64,000 bases of DNA from Marinobacter sp. (GTDB lineage: Bacteria > Pseudomonadota > Gammaproteobacteria > Pseudomonadales > Oleiphilaceae): assembly GCA_030149475.1 (NCBI GenBank), contig JASBRL010000175.1:15708-79707 (forward strand). The letters run 5' to 3'. Of the stretch, positions 11,474 through 23,878 are shown one piece after another. Both the position numbers and the translations under genes were made by a program. How positions within the stretch are numbered: the stretch's first letter is position 1; each line of letters starts with the position of its first letter. The notes beneath the pieces are model-generated. The model made no database searches. It worked only from the letters and a program-made list of their open reading frames with translations, and had not been told where the DNA came from.

Positions 11474-12312
11474 GCGACGATCAGTCGAGTCGCAGCCAGG
11501 GCAGCAAGTCCTGGCTGGAGCGTTTATCACAGGCTTTCTCCAGCGAGCCTGAGTCCGTTGAGGACGTGCTGGAAATCCTTCGTGACGCCGAAACCCAGAA
11601 CATCATCGATGCCGATGCCATGAGTATCATCGAAGGCGCCATGCAGGTCATTGATATGCGTGTCGACGAAATCATGATCCCCCGTTCCCAAATGGTAACG
11701 GTCCGGGCCTCCCAGGAGCCAAAAACCTTTCTTGCGGACATCATGGAGTCCGCCCACAGCCGGTTCCCGGTGATCGGTGACAGTCAGGACGATGTCATCG
11801 GCGTCCTGCTCGCCAAGGATCTGCTGCCACTGGCGCTCAACAACGACCTCAACTGGAACCGCATCCGCGAAATTCTCCGACCACCGACATTCGTGCCTGA
11901 GAGCAAGCGCCTCAACCAGTTGCTCAAGGAATTCAAGGAAACCCGTAACCACATGGCCATCGTGGTGGACGAGTATGGCGGTACCGCCGGGCTGATCACC
12001 ATCGAGGACGTGCTGGAGCAGATTGTCGGTGAAATCGAAGACGAGCACGACTTCGACGAGGAAACCCATATCAAGGCCCGGGGTGATGGCAGTTTTGCGG
12101 TCAAGGCGGTCACGCCCATCGAGGATTTCAATGAATTCTTCGAAACCAGCCTTGACGAGGAAGAATTTGATACCATTGGCGGCGTGGTACTGAAAGAGTT
12201 TGGCCACCTGCCCCGCCGGGGTGAGGCAACCGAATTCGGCGGTCTGACCTTTACCATTGCCAATGCCGACAACCGGGTGATTCGCCTGCTGCAGGTCACG
12301 CGCAGTGCCTGA
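11470..12312 (+). CDS. corC: Mg/Co efflux-associated CBS-domain protein CorC
   Basis: SAHSRFPV, HMAIVVDEYGG, TIEDVLEQIVGEIEDE; conserved position ybeY-corC-lnt. Confidence 0.93.
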   Translation: MSDDQSSRSQGSKSWLERLSQAFSSEPESVEDVLEILRDAETQNIIDADAMSIIEGAMQVIDMRVDEIMIPRSQMVTVRASQEPKTFLADIMESAHSRFPVIGDSQDDVIGVLLAKDLLPLALNNDLNWNRIREILRPPTFVPESKRLNQLLKEFKETRNHMAIVVDEYGGTAGLITIEDVLEQIVGEIEDEHDFDEETHIKARGDGSFAVKAVTPIEDFNEFFETSLDEEEFDTIGGVVLKEFGHLPRRGEATEFGGLTFTIANADNRVIRLLQVTRSA

Positions 12313-13837
12313 CGGGCTACACCGATTGAGCCGGTCGAGGTGGACACAGGCGCTGGCCCTGCTGCTGGCCGGCGCATTACAGACCCTGACTTTTGCGCCT
12401 TTCCACTGGTGGTGGCTCGGGCCACTGTCCATCGTACTGGTGCTCTTCGCCAGCCTTGACCTGCCCCCGCGAAGGTTGTTCCGGGCCGGCTGGCTGTTTG
12501 GCGTGGGACTGTTCGGGACCGGTGTGTCCTGGGTATACGTGAGCATCAGCGAGTTCGGCAACACCCCAGCCGCTATTGCGTTGGTGCTGACAACCCTGTT
12601 TGTGGCCGGCCTGGCCCTGTTTCACGGTCTCGCGTTCTGGCTCTGGGGTCGCCTGACCCCCGGCAGCCCGGTTCGTCGCCTGCTGCTCCTGCCTGCCGTA
12701 TGGATTCTGGGTGACTGGCTACGCAGCTGGTTACTGACCGGCTTTCCCTGGCTGTATCTGGGCACCGCTCAGGTCGACGGCCCGCTGGCTGGGTTCGCGC
12801 CGGTCATGGGCGTCTATGGCATCACGTTCTTGATAGTGGCGACCGGTATCGGGCTCTGGGCCGCCCCACTCCTGATACGTCGCCGGCGGTTTGTCGCCGT
12901 ACTGAGTGTTGTTCTGATTACCCTGATCCCCTGGTTAACCGGGCCATTCCTCAACCGTATACAGTGGACCAGCGTGTCCGATAAACCGACACCGATCGCG
13001 GCGATGCAGGGCAATATTCCGCAACAGATCAAATGGGACCCGGAGTTTCTCAAACACCAGATTCAGACCTACCTGGGGCTGACCGAAAATGACTGGCAGC
13101 AGGCGATCATCGTGTGGCCAGAGACCGCCATTCCGCTGCCCCAGGACCAGGCTGGCAAGATCATCGAGTACATCCGCGAACAACTCGGGCCGGACAGCAC
13201 CCTGATTACCGGCATCCCCTGGTATGGCTACAGTGATCGCCTCAAGGATTTCACGTACCACAACAGCATCATGGCCATCGGTAATGGTCAGGGCATGTAC
13301 CATAAGCAGCGGCTGGTGCCGTTTGGAGAATATGTGCCCCTGCAGCACTGGCTGAGGGGCCTGATCGGTTTTTTTGACCTGCCGATGTCGAGCTTTTCCC
13401 CGGGGCCGGAGAACCAGCCGCCGCTCACCGCCAACGGCTATAACATCAGGCCGTTCATCTGCTACGAAGTCGCCTATCCGGATTTTGTCGCCCGCGGGGC
13501 AAGGAATATGGATCTGTTGATAACCATCAGTAACGATGGCTGGTTCGGACACTCACTCGGTCCGCTCCAGCATCTTCAGATTGCCCGCATGCGGGCGCTG
13601 GAAACCGGGCGTTATATGCTTCGGGACACCAACAATGGTCTGACGGCGATTATTGACGAGAAAGGTCAGGTCACCGAAACAATTCCTCAATTCACCCGCC
13701 AGACAATGCGGGGTGACGTATACATGGCCACCGGCGCCACCCCGTACATGCTGTCGGGGTCCTGGCCCGCTCTGACCCTCGCGGTGATTCTGATTGTATT
13801 TATCCGTGAGCGGCGCCAGCCTCCGCAGCCCGCCTAA
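12305..13837 (+). CDS. lnt: Apolipoprotein N-acyltransferase
   Basis: Multiple TM helices; TGFPW, QGNIPQ, WPETA, KQRLVPFGEYVP, ICYEV, SNDGWFG. Confidence 0.96.
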   Translation: MPDGLHRLSRSRWTQALALLLAGALQTLTFAPFHWWWLGPLSIVLVLFASLDLPPRRLFRAGWLFGVGLFGTGVSWVYVSISEFGNTPAAIALVLTTLFVAGLALFHGLAFWLWGRLTPGSPVRRLLLLPAVWILGDWLRSWLLTGFPWLYLGTAQVDGPLAGFAPVMGVYGITFLIVATGIGLWAAPLLIRRRRFVAVLSVVLITLIPWLTGPFLNRIQWTSVSDKPTPIAAMQGNIPQQIKWDPEFLKHQIQTYLGLTENDWQQAIIVWPETAIPLPQDQAGKIIEYIREQLGPDSTLITGIPWYGYSDRLKDFTYHNSIMAIGNGQGMYHKQRLVPFGEYVPLQHWLRGLIGFFDLPMSSFSPGPENQPPLTANGYNIRPFICYEVAYPDFVARGARNMDLLITISNDGWFGHSLGPLQHLQIARMRALETGRYMLRDTNNGLTAIIDEKGQVTETIPQFTRQTMRGDVYMATGATPYMLSGSWPALTLAVILIVFIRERRQPPQPA

Positions 13838-14403
13838 TCCGTCGCCGCGCCCGGTTCTGCCCTTTCACCGGGCCAGCGACTGGTAATACGCTCGAAGTAA
13901 TGGGACCCGCAGGCCTCGCAAGGCTGGAGATGACTGGTGGCCGTCAGGCACCTCATATGCTCACAATTAAGGCACTTGAACATGCCGGCGGTGGCAATTT
14001 CACCGCTGATGTAGTGACTGACGTCCTGATTACTGAGTTTCTGCGTCAGTTCGAGGCTGTCGACCCGGGTTTTATCGGCGATCGAGAACAACAGATCGGC
14101 CAATTGGTGTTCCAGCAGAGCCATGTCCAGTTGCAGCCATTCCCGTACCCCTTCTCCGGTCTCGTCAACAAACCGGACAAGATGCTCAAGATCCCGCCTC
14201 AGGTACGCTGACAACAGGTCCACCTCTTCCCGGGTCAGTTCTTTCAGGCCCGCCTCGAATTCCACCGCGTCATCGATTTCTCGACGCAGTGTGGCCAGCG
14301 ATTTCTCCTCGGCGTCGGCCAGCCGGGACTCGACCCGGGCGAGCATTCGGTCATAGGCGCTTAACGCACGGTCAGAGAGATGCTTGTCAGAGGGTGTGGT
14401 CAT
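13834..14403 (-). CDS. Zinc-ribbon protein (DUF1451-like)
   Basis: Helical N-terminus, YISGEIATAG then CLNC...CEAC; GAGGAGA upstream of ATG 14403; family usually lies between lnt and leuS. Confidence 0.75.
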   Translation of the reverse strand: MTTPSDKHLSDRALSAYDRMLARVESRLADAEEKSLATLRREIDDAVEFEAGLKELTREEVDLLSAYLRRDLEHLVRFVDETGEGVREWLQLDMALLEHQLADLLFSIADKTRVDSLELTQKLSNQDVSHYISGEIATAGMFKCLNCEHMRCLTATSHLQPCEACGSHYFERITSRWPGERAEPGAATD

Positions 14404-14661
14404 AATCATTATCTCCTCAGCGTTATCGGGCAGTCCGGTTGCGTGACGATCTGTCCCTTCCCTGCTATCAGTCTGGCACACAGGTGCCGGGGAGGCCTGC
14501 AAAAAGTTCCGCCTGTGATCGCCGCCTTTACTGCAAGATGCCCTCGCACTTGGCTATAGGCCAATTACCGTTTATTTACTAATCCGTCCGTGGCTGCGCA
14601 CGCTTTTGTCCAGACTACCTGTCGGGCCGCCTGTGCGTTAGAATGTCCGGCCGCTTGATAA

Positions 14662-17298
<2,637 letters not shown>

Positions 17299-17305
17299 GG
17301 TGTCC

Positions 17306-17875
17306 ATGCTCACCACCATCACCCGGCGCGCACCGATCCTGCTTCTGGCCGGTCTGATCACTGGCTGCGGGTTTCAACTGCGCGGCGCGGCGCCGGTTTC
17401 GGCTGCGGTCCAGCCTCTGGCCGTGGTGTGCGGTGATGCACTGCCGCTTACTTTGTGCCAGACCGTTGAGGATCAACTCCGGCTGGGTAACGTCAAGGTT
17501 GTGGAACGTTCGAAGGCGGATTACCTGCTGAAACTGAGCGATTTTCGCGAGACCCGTCGGGCCAGTGCCATTACCCGTAACGCGGTTGCTGCCGAGTACA
17601 CGCTTCGACAACGGGTCACGATGTCCGTCATCACGGCAGATCAGGTGCCACTGGTCGCGGATCAGGAGATCAGCAGCAGCGAAGTCTATCAGTATGATGC
17701 AACCAATGTCCTGGCCAAACAGCGTGAACAGGACACCCTCACCGAGACACTCAACCAGCGCCTGGCCCAGCAGATTATCTTTCGACTCACGCCGCTGACC
17801 GACGCCCGCATCAAGGCACTGCGGAATGACGCCAGCCAGGCGGGCAAAAACCAGGGCCCGGACAAACAGCCATGA
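17306..17875 (+). CDS. lptE: LPS-assembly lipoprotein
   Basis: Lipobox LITGC followed by GFQLRG; between leuS and holA; ATG 17306 after GAGG. Confidence 0.92.
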   Translation: MLTTITRRAPILLLAGLITGCGFQLRGAAPVSAAVQPLAVVCGDALPLTLCQTVEDQLRLGNVKVVERSKADYLLKLSDFRETRRASAITRNAVAAEYTLRQRVTMSVITADQVPLVADQEISSSEVYQYDATNVLAKQREQDTLTETLNQRLAQQIIFRLTPLTDARIKALRNDASQAGKNQGPDKQP

Positions 17876-18876
17876 AAGCCCAGCCGGGCCAACTCCCGCA
17901 ACTGCTAAAGAAGGGCCTGGCGCCGATTTACCTGGTCTCCGGTGACGAACCGTTACTGGTTCAGGAGGCCTGTGACCAGATTCGCGCAGCGGCCCGGGAC
18001 GCGGGCTTCCTCGATCGGATCACCTATCACGCGGACCGACACCTGAGCTGGCCCGGAGTCGCAGAAGAATTCGGCGCCCTGTCCCTGTTTGCGGAAAAAC
18101 GCCGTATCGAAATCCACCTGCCCAACGGCAAACTCGGCGACGGTCGAGAGGTCATAGAGCAGTTCCTCCAGTCTCCCCCCGACGACATCATCCTGATATT
18201 GATCAGTCCGCGACTGGACGCCGGGGAGATCCGCCGTAAATGGTACAAGCAACTGCAGGCGACCGGCGTCCACGTCACCATCTGGCCGATCGAACCTGAC
18301 AAGTTCCCCGGCTGGCTGCAGCAACGCGCGCAAAGCCATGGGCTTACGCTGACCCGGGGGGCCCTCGCGGTCCTCACCGAACGCCTGGAGGGCAACCTGC
18401 TTGCCGCCGGCCAGGAACTGGATCGGCTCGGGCTGTTCAGCAAGAGCGGCACCATTGATGAGGAGACGGTGGAACAGGCGGTCCAGAACAGCGCCCGGTT
18501 CAACCAGTTCGAACTGGTGACCGAGTTGTTGACCGGTCAGGTCGCTAATGCCCAGAAGGTGATCGGCGCACTGCAACAGGAGGGCGACAATCCGCTGGGC
18601 CTGTTGACCCTGCTGAACCGGGACCTCAACATGACCATGGAGCTAAAACAGGCCATCGCCCGGCGGGAACAGGCGCAGGCGTTTCTGAAAGCCCGGGGTA
18701 TACGTCAGATTACCCGCGCCCGCGCGCTGCAGAAAGCCGCAGAGCGGCTGCGGCTGTCCCAACTTTACCAGGCAATCGCCCTGTGCAGCGACGCTGACCG
18801 CGCCGCCAAAGGACTTGGCGACCACCCCGCGTGGCATTATCTGCGTGAAATGGCCATCACCCTGCGCACGTTGTAG
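17872..18876 (+). CDS. holA: DNA polymerase III delta subunit
   Basis: PIYLVSGDEPLLVQE, LSLFAEKRRIE, EGNLLAAGQELDRL; synteny with leuS-lptE. Confidence 0.95.
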   Translation: MKAQPGQLPQLLKKGLAPIYLVSGDEPLLVQEACDQIRAAARDAGFLDRITYHADRHLSWPGVAEEFGALSLFAEKRRIEIHLPNGKLGDGREVIEQFLQSPPDDIILILISPRLDAGEIRRKWYKQLQATGVHVTIWPIEPDKFPGWLQQRAQSHGLTLTRGALAVLTERLEGNLLAAGQELDRLGLFSKSGTIDEETVEQAVQNSARFNQFELVTELLTGQVANAQKVIGALQQEGDNPLGLLTLLNRDLNMTMELKQAIARREQAQAFLKARGIRQITRARALQKAAERLRLSQLYQAIALCSDADRAAKGLGDHPAWHYLREMAITLRTL

Positions 18877-18923
18877 CCGAACCTGCTGAGCGCTCCTGTC
18901 CGGTCGGCACTCTACCGTTGCCT

Positions 18924-18973
18924 GGAAACACTGATAAAATATTGGGCTGTCACGAGACCTGATCAGAGGCTCC
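18924..18973. repeat. Degenerate miniature inverted-repeat element, same family as 53625-53890
   Basis: Right end reverse-complements to GGAGCCTCTGATCAGGTCT (17/19 to GGAACCTCTGATCAAGTCT); left end GGAAACACTGATAAAAT is a decayed copy. Confidence 0.55.
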
Positions 18974-19070
18974 CTGACGGCTTGACAATGGCTGGCCTCC
19001 GGTCGCATCGTTGAATTGTGGCAAAGGCCACAGGGAGTTTATTGCCTACGCCTGAAAAGGAGGTTTGTGC

Positions 19071-19334
19071 ATGAGCCTTAGAGATGAACTCAAAAAGCTG
19101 TCAGACTCGATTCGCCAGAATCGGGATGAAATTCGCCTGCAACTGCATCTGGCACGGGCCGAGGTCAAGGACGAGTGGGACGATCTGGAAACTGAATGGA
19201 AGCGCTTTTTAAACAAGCTGGATGCAGTCTCTGATGACGCGGAGGGGGTCACCGAAGACGCTCGGCAGGCCACGAAAAGGCTGGCACACGATCTCAAGGA
19301 AGGCTATGAACGTATCCGCAAGCGCCTGAAATAA
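19071..19334 (+). CDS. Small all-helical hypothetical protein (87 aa)
   Basis: AGGAGG 7 nt before ATG 19071; charged amphipathic helical sequence; hairpin downstream. Confidence 0.8.
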   Translation: MSLRDELKKLSDSIRQNRDEIRLQLHLARAEVKDEWDDLETEWKRFLNKLDAVSDDAEGVTEDARQATKRLAHDLKEGYERIRKRLK

Positions 19335-19374
19335 GGCGCTCGGACCATGGCCAGTCCACCGGCCGGGCTTTCAG

Positions 19375-19403
19375 AACAAAACCGGGGCCTTGCCGGCCCC
19401 GGT
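19375..19403 (-). terminator. Intrinsic terminator between convergent genes
   Basis: ACCGGGGCC-ttgcc-GGCCCCGGT stem (19381-19403) followed by TTTGTT on the minus strand. Confidence 0.7.
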
Positions 19404-19412
19404 CGTACTTTC

Positions 19413-21203
19413 TTAAAACTCCTCGGCGGTGAGTGCCATCATGGCATCGCTGCCGCTACGGATACCTTCAGCCAGGGAGACGGTCCTGGGCAACAACCGG
19501 TCGAAGTAGAACCGGGCGGTTTTGAGCTTGCCCGTGTAGAACCCGGTGTTGTCACCCTCTGCTTTTGGCGCAGCGGCGCTCACAATACGGGCCCACATAT
19601 AGCCCAGTGCGGTCAGCCCGAACAGGTCAAGATAATCCACTGACGCAGCCCCGATGGCATTCGGATTGTCAGCGGACTGACTGATGACATGCTCAGTGAC
19701 ATCGGAAAGCCGTTCCAGCGCAGCCGCCAGTGGCTCCAGATACGGATGCAGGGCTGCATTGTCTGTCTGGCTCTCAATGAACGCGGCTACGTCCTCGGCA
19801 AACAGTTCGTAAAGCCGGCCCTGACTGCCCACCACTTTGCGCCCCATCAGGTCCAGCGCCTGAATGCCGTTGGTACCCTCGTAGATCTGGGTGATACGCA
19901 CGTCCCGTACGAGCTGTTCCTGCCCCCACTCGCGAATGAAACCGTGCCCGCCGAAGACCTGCTGCCCGATGACACAGGCATCCAGCCCACGATCGGTCAG
20001 GAAGGCTTTGGCAACCGGCGTGAGCAGCGCCACCATACCTTCGGCGTGTTCCCGGCGCCCGGTATCGTCAGCGTACTTGGCAATATCCAGCCATTGCGCC
20101 ACGTAGGTTGAGAAGGCCCGGCCGCCTTCGACGTAGCTCTTCATGGTCAACAGCATGCGGCGCACATCCGGGTGCACAATAATCGGGTCCGCCGCTTTGT
20201 CCTTCTGCTGGGCGCCGGTCGGCGCACGGCTCTGAATCCGGTCCAGTGCGTACTCACGGGCGCTTTGCAGTGAGGCCTCTGCTGCCCCGATGCCCTGGAT
20301 GCCGACCCCCAGACGTTCGTAGTTCATCATGGTGAACATTGCGGCCAGACCCTTATTGGGCTCGCCGACCAGCCAGCCACGGGCACCATCAAAGTTCATC
20401 ACACAGGTCGACGATCCCTTGATCCCCATTTTCTTCTCGATCGAACCGCAGCTGAACTGGTTACGTTCACCCAGGGAGCCGTCGTCATTCACCATGAACT
20501 TGGGTACCAGAAACAGGGAAATCCCCTTCGGACCTTTCGGGGCATCCGGCAGTTTGGCCAGCACCAGGTGGATAATATTCTCCGCCATGTCGTGCTCACC
20601 CCAGGTAATGAAAATCTTGGTACCGGTGATGAGAAAGGCGTCGTCTTCGACCGGCTCCGCCCTGGTACGAATAATGCCCAGGTCGGTGCCGGCGTGGGGT
20701 TCGGTCAGGTCCATCGAGCCGGACCAGACGCCAGAGTACATATTGGGGAGGTATTTCTCTTTCAGCGCCTCACTGCCGTGCGCGTCCAGTGCCAGACAGG
20801 CCCCAGCGGTCAGCATCGGGGCAAGACCAAAAGCCATATTGGAAGCCTGCAGCATCTCTTCAAACTGCGCGACAAGCGTCTTGGGCATGCCCATACCGCC
20901 AAAGTCCGGATTGCCACCCAGCCCGTTCCAGCCGCCTTCAACCATCGTCTGGTAGGCCTCTTTGAAGCCTTCCGGCGTCGTCACCTCACCGTCGTTCCAG
21001 CGGCAGCTCTGCTCGTCGCCTTCCCGGTTGAGCGGCGCCAGCACGCCGCTGGTGATCTTACCGGCTTCCTCCAGGATGGCATCCGCAGTTTCCGGGTCCA
21101 CATGCTCAGCCAGCCTGGGCAGGGACGACCACAGAGCAGTCGCATCAAAAACTTCATTGAGAACGAAACGAATGTCGCGCAACGGTGCCTGATAATCGGC
21201 CAT
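19413..21203 (-). CDS. Acyl-CoA dehydrogenase (about 600-aa class)
   Basis: MADYQAPLRDIRF start, LTEPHAGTDLG, GTKIFITWGEHD, GISLFLVPK, QIYEGTNGIQALDL. Confidence 0.93.
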   Translation of the reverse strand: MADYQAPLRDIRFVLNEVFDATALWSSLPRLAEHVDPETADAILEEAGKITSGVLAPLNREGDEQSCRWNDGEVTTPEGFKEAYQTMVEGGWNGLGGNPDFGGMGMPKTLVAQFEEMLQASNMAFGLAPMLTAGACLALDAHGSEALKEKYLPNMYSGVWSGSMDLTEPHAGTDLGIIRTRAEPVEDDAFLITGTKIFITWGEHDMAENIIHLVLAKLPDAPKGPKGISLFLVPKFMVNDDGSLGERNQFSCGSIEKKMGIKGSSTCVMNFDGARGWLVGEPNKGLAAMFTMMNYERLGVGIQGIGAAEASLQSAREYALDRIQSRAPTGAQQKDKAADPIIVHPDVRRMLLTMKSYVEGGRAFSTYVAQWLDIAKYADDTGRREHAEGMVALLTPVAKAFLTDRGLDACVIGQQVFGGHGFIREWGQEQLVRDVRITQIYEGTNGIQALDLMGRKVVGSQGRLYELFAEDVAAFIESQTDNAALHPYLEPLAAALERLSDVTEHVISQSADNPNAIGAASVDYLDLFGLTALGYMWARIVSAAAPKAEGDNTGFYTGKLKTARFYFDRLLPRTVSLAEGIRSGSDAMMALTAEEF

Positions 21204-21332
21204 GGGTAACTCTCCAGAATTCCAGGAGCGACAGACGGGCCGCTCCACCGGTTAATGGTTAGAGACTTATTCTACCTGAAAGCGCCATTGATCTCATGAT
21301 CTGTAAACCGCGCCTCGGGTACCACACAACGC

Positions 21333-21358
21333 AAAAGCCCGCCGGTAAGGGGCGGGCT
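21333..21358 (-). terminator. Intrinsic terminator after the upstream acyl-CoA dehydrogenase
   Basis: AGCCCGCC-ggtaagg-GGCGGGCT stem ending in a short T run on the minus strand. Confidence 0.7.
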
Positions 21359-21396
21359 GTATCAATGACCGATCCGCTCAGCGGTGGTCAGTGACC

Positions 21397-23196
21397 TTAT
21401 AACGCAAACGCTTCGACCTGCATATCCATCAGCGAATCAGCCCCGGCGAGCATGCTCTCGGCATGGCCACGGGCACGTGGCAGCATACGCTTGAAGTAGA
21501 AGCGTGCGGTCTGCACCTTGGCGTTGTAGAACGCCTCTTCGGTGGTACCGTCGGCCATGGTATCCAGGGAAACCTGCGCCATGCGGGCCCACAGGTAGGC
21601 AAAGACCGCGTAGCCGGAGTACATCAGGTAATCGACCGAGGCCGCCCCTACTTCCTCCCGGTTTTTCATCGCGTTCATGCCAAGCTTCATGGTCAGGTCA
21701 CCCCATTCCCTGTTAATCGCCTCGAGCGGGTCGATGAACTCCTTGAGCTGGGCGTTATCGGCATTGTCCTTGCAGAACACATGGACCTTCTTTGTGAAGC
21801 GTTTAAGCGCCTCGCCCTGAGTCATCAGCACCTTCCGACCCAACAGGTCCAGCGCCTGAATACCGGTGGTGCCCTCATAGATCATGCCAATCCGGGCATC
21901 CCGAACGATCTGCTCCATGCCCCACTCGGAAATAAAGCCGTGGCCGCCGTATACCTGCATCCCGAGATTCGACGCTTCGTAGCCGATCTCGGTCAGGAAG
22001 GCCTTGGCAATCGGTGTCAGGAACCCCATCAGCTCGTCCGCTTCGCGCCGGCTCTCCTCATCCTTGCCGCGCTGCACGATGTCACTCTGCTGGGCGGTGT
22101 AGTAAACGAGTGCTCGGGAACCCTCGGCAACCGCTTTCTGGGTCAGCAGCATGCGTCGTACATCCGGGTGCACAATGATCGGGTCAGCCGGACCGTCGGG
22201 ATTTCTGGAGCCGGACAGTGAGCGCATGGCAAGACGGTCCTTGGCATAGCTCAGGGAACCCTGGAATGACAGCTCCGCGGCGCCCAGGCCCTGAATGGCC
22301 GTGCCCAGACGGGCCACATTCATGAAGGTGAACATGCAGTTGAGACCCTTGTTCTCCGGCCCGATCAACCAGCCTTTTGCGCCATCAAAGTTCATCACGC
22401 AGGTGGCGTTGCCATGGATCCCCATCTTGTGCTCGATTGAACCACAGGTCACCGCGTTCCGCTCACCCGGCTCGCCATCCGCGTCGGGCAGGAACTTGGG
22501 CACAATAAACAGGGAAATGCCCTTGGTGCCGGCCGGTGCGTCGGGCAGACGCGCCAGCACGATGTGTACGATATTGTCCGCCATATCGTGCTCGCCGGCG
22601 GAAATGAAAATCTTGGTGCCGGAAATACTGTAGGAACCATCGGCGTTTGGTTCGGCCTTGCTGCGCAGAATGCCCAGATCCGAGCCGCAGTGCGCTTCGG
22701 TCAGGCACATGGTGCCGGTCCACTCACCGCTGATCATTCTGGTCAGGTAGGTTTCCTTCTGCTCACTGGTGCCGTGCAGTTCAACGGTATTGATCGCGCC
22801 ATGACTCAGACCGGGGTACATGCCCCAGGACCAGTTGGCGGTTCCGATCATTTCACTCATGACCAGACCGATAGATTCGGGCAGCCCCTGGCCGCCGTGC
22901 TCGGGGGCCGCCGTCATGGACGGCCAGCCACCTTCAACATACTGCTTGTACGCTTCCCGGAACCCGGTGGGGGTCTTAACACCGTCTTCACTCCAGGTGC
23001 AGCCTTCCTGATCGCCAACCTGATTGAGTGGTGACAGTACCTGCTCACAGAACCTGGCACCCTCCTGGATAATGGCATCGACCATGTCCGGAGTGGCGTC
23101 TTCTGCTCCCTCCAGACTGGCGTAATGTTGCTCGCTGTCGAGCAATTCACTCATTACAAACTTGATATCACGCAGGGGCGCTTTGTAGTCAGGCAT
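21397..23196 (-). CDS. Acyl-CoA dehydrogenase, paralog of the neighbouring gene
   Basis: MPDYKAPLRDIKF start after GAGG, MCLTEAHCGSDLG, GTKIFISAGEHD, IYEGTTGIQALDL. Confidence 0.93.
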   Translation of the reverse strand: MPDYKAPLRDIKFVMSELLDSEQHYASLEGAEDATPDMVDAIIQEGARFCEQVLSPLNQVGDQEGCTWSEDGVKTPTGFREAYKQYVEGGWPSMTAAPEHGGQGLPESIGLVMSEMIGTANWSWGMYPGLSHGAINTVELHGTSEQKETYLTRMISGEWTGTMCLTEAHCGSDLGILRSKAEPNADGSYSISGTKIFISAGEHDMADNIVHIVLARLPDAPAGTKGISLFIVPKFLPDADGEPGERNAVTCGSIEHKMGIHGNATCVMNFDGAKGWLIGPENKGLNCMFTFMNVARLGTAIQGLGAAELSFQGSLSYAKDRLAMRSLSGSRNPDGPADPIIVHPDVRRMLLTQKAVAEGSRALVYYTAQQSDIVQRGKDEESRREADELMGFLTPIAKAFLTEIGYEASNLGMQVYGGHGFISEWGMEQIVRDARIGMIYEGTTGIQALDLLGRKVLMTQGEALKRFTKKVHVFCKDNADNAQLKEFIDPLEAINREWGDLTMKLGMNAMKNREEVGAASVDYLMYSGYAVFAYLWARMAQVSLDTMADGTTEEAFYNAKVQTARFYFKRMLPRARGHAESMLAGADSLMDMQVEAFAL

Positions 23197-23330
23197 TGGA
23201 TACACCTCAGGTTTTCGGTCACGACTGTCGAAATGACGACAGCACTTCAGCTTGGTCAGTTTCTGCTCCGCGATGACGAGGGGGGCTCCGCTTACCATCG
23301 ACAGACCCGAGAAAATGCCCGGCACTTTCT

Positions 23331-23357
23331 CAAACAGGTGTTTGAAACATACGTTTG
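23331..23357. promoter_or_regulatory. Tandem PsrA-type (TetR, fatty-acid responsive) operator
   Basis: CAAAC-AGGT-GTTTG overlapping by one base GAAAC-ATAC-GTTTG; matches (C/G)AAAC-N4-GTTT(G/C), upstream of acyl-CoA dehydrogenases. Confidence 0.8.
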
Positions 23358-23629
23358 TCGGTAAGGAATTGTCAAGCAGTGGGCACAAAATTTGTGTTGC
23401 GTTATGCAACAAAAATCTGCCGTGAACACCCTTGACCGGTGGTAACGTTCTGAGAGTTCAAGCGGTTGTGCGGGAGTCGCCGTGTGAATTCCTGTTCGGA
23501 CCAACACCGCTATCGCTTCCGGAACAGGCCGGTAACGACATCAAAGTGACAAAGCAGGAAACACCGGGTGGGAACATCTTGATGGGAAAAACACAAGGGG
23601 AACGGCTTTTGCCATCAAACAGGTCGCGC

Positions 23630-23878
23630 TCAGGCCATCACGTCCAGCAGCGTACCGAGGGTTTCGTCGGCGGTTTTGACGACCCTGGCGGAAGCCTCAA
23701 TACTGCGCTGATAGAGCTTCATATCGATCATCGGCTCGATAAGACCACCATAACCGGAACCGGCACCTTGCGGACCGTCGACACCACCGCGGGCGATTTT
23801 TCGGGCGGACGTCTCCATGCCTTGCATGCCATCCTGGATACCCTGAATGCCTATTCCCAGAGTATTGCTAATCATCAT
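23630..23878 (-). CDS. Small protein with a flagellar basal-body rod/hook C-terminal-like motif
   Basis: MIDMKLYQRSIEASARVVKTADETLGTLLD resembles the FlgE/FlgG C-terminal helix; start uncertain (23887, 23878 or 23875). Confidence 0.7.
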   Translation of the reverse strand: MMISNTLGIGIQGIQDGMQGMETSARKIARGGVDGPQGAGSGYGGLIEPMIDMKLYQRSIEASARVVKTADETLGTLLDVMA

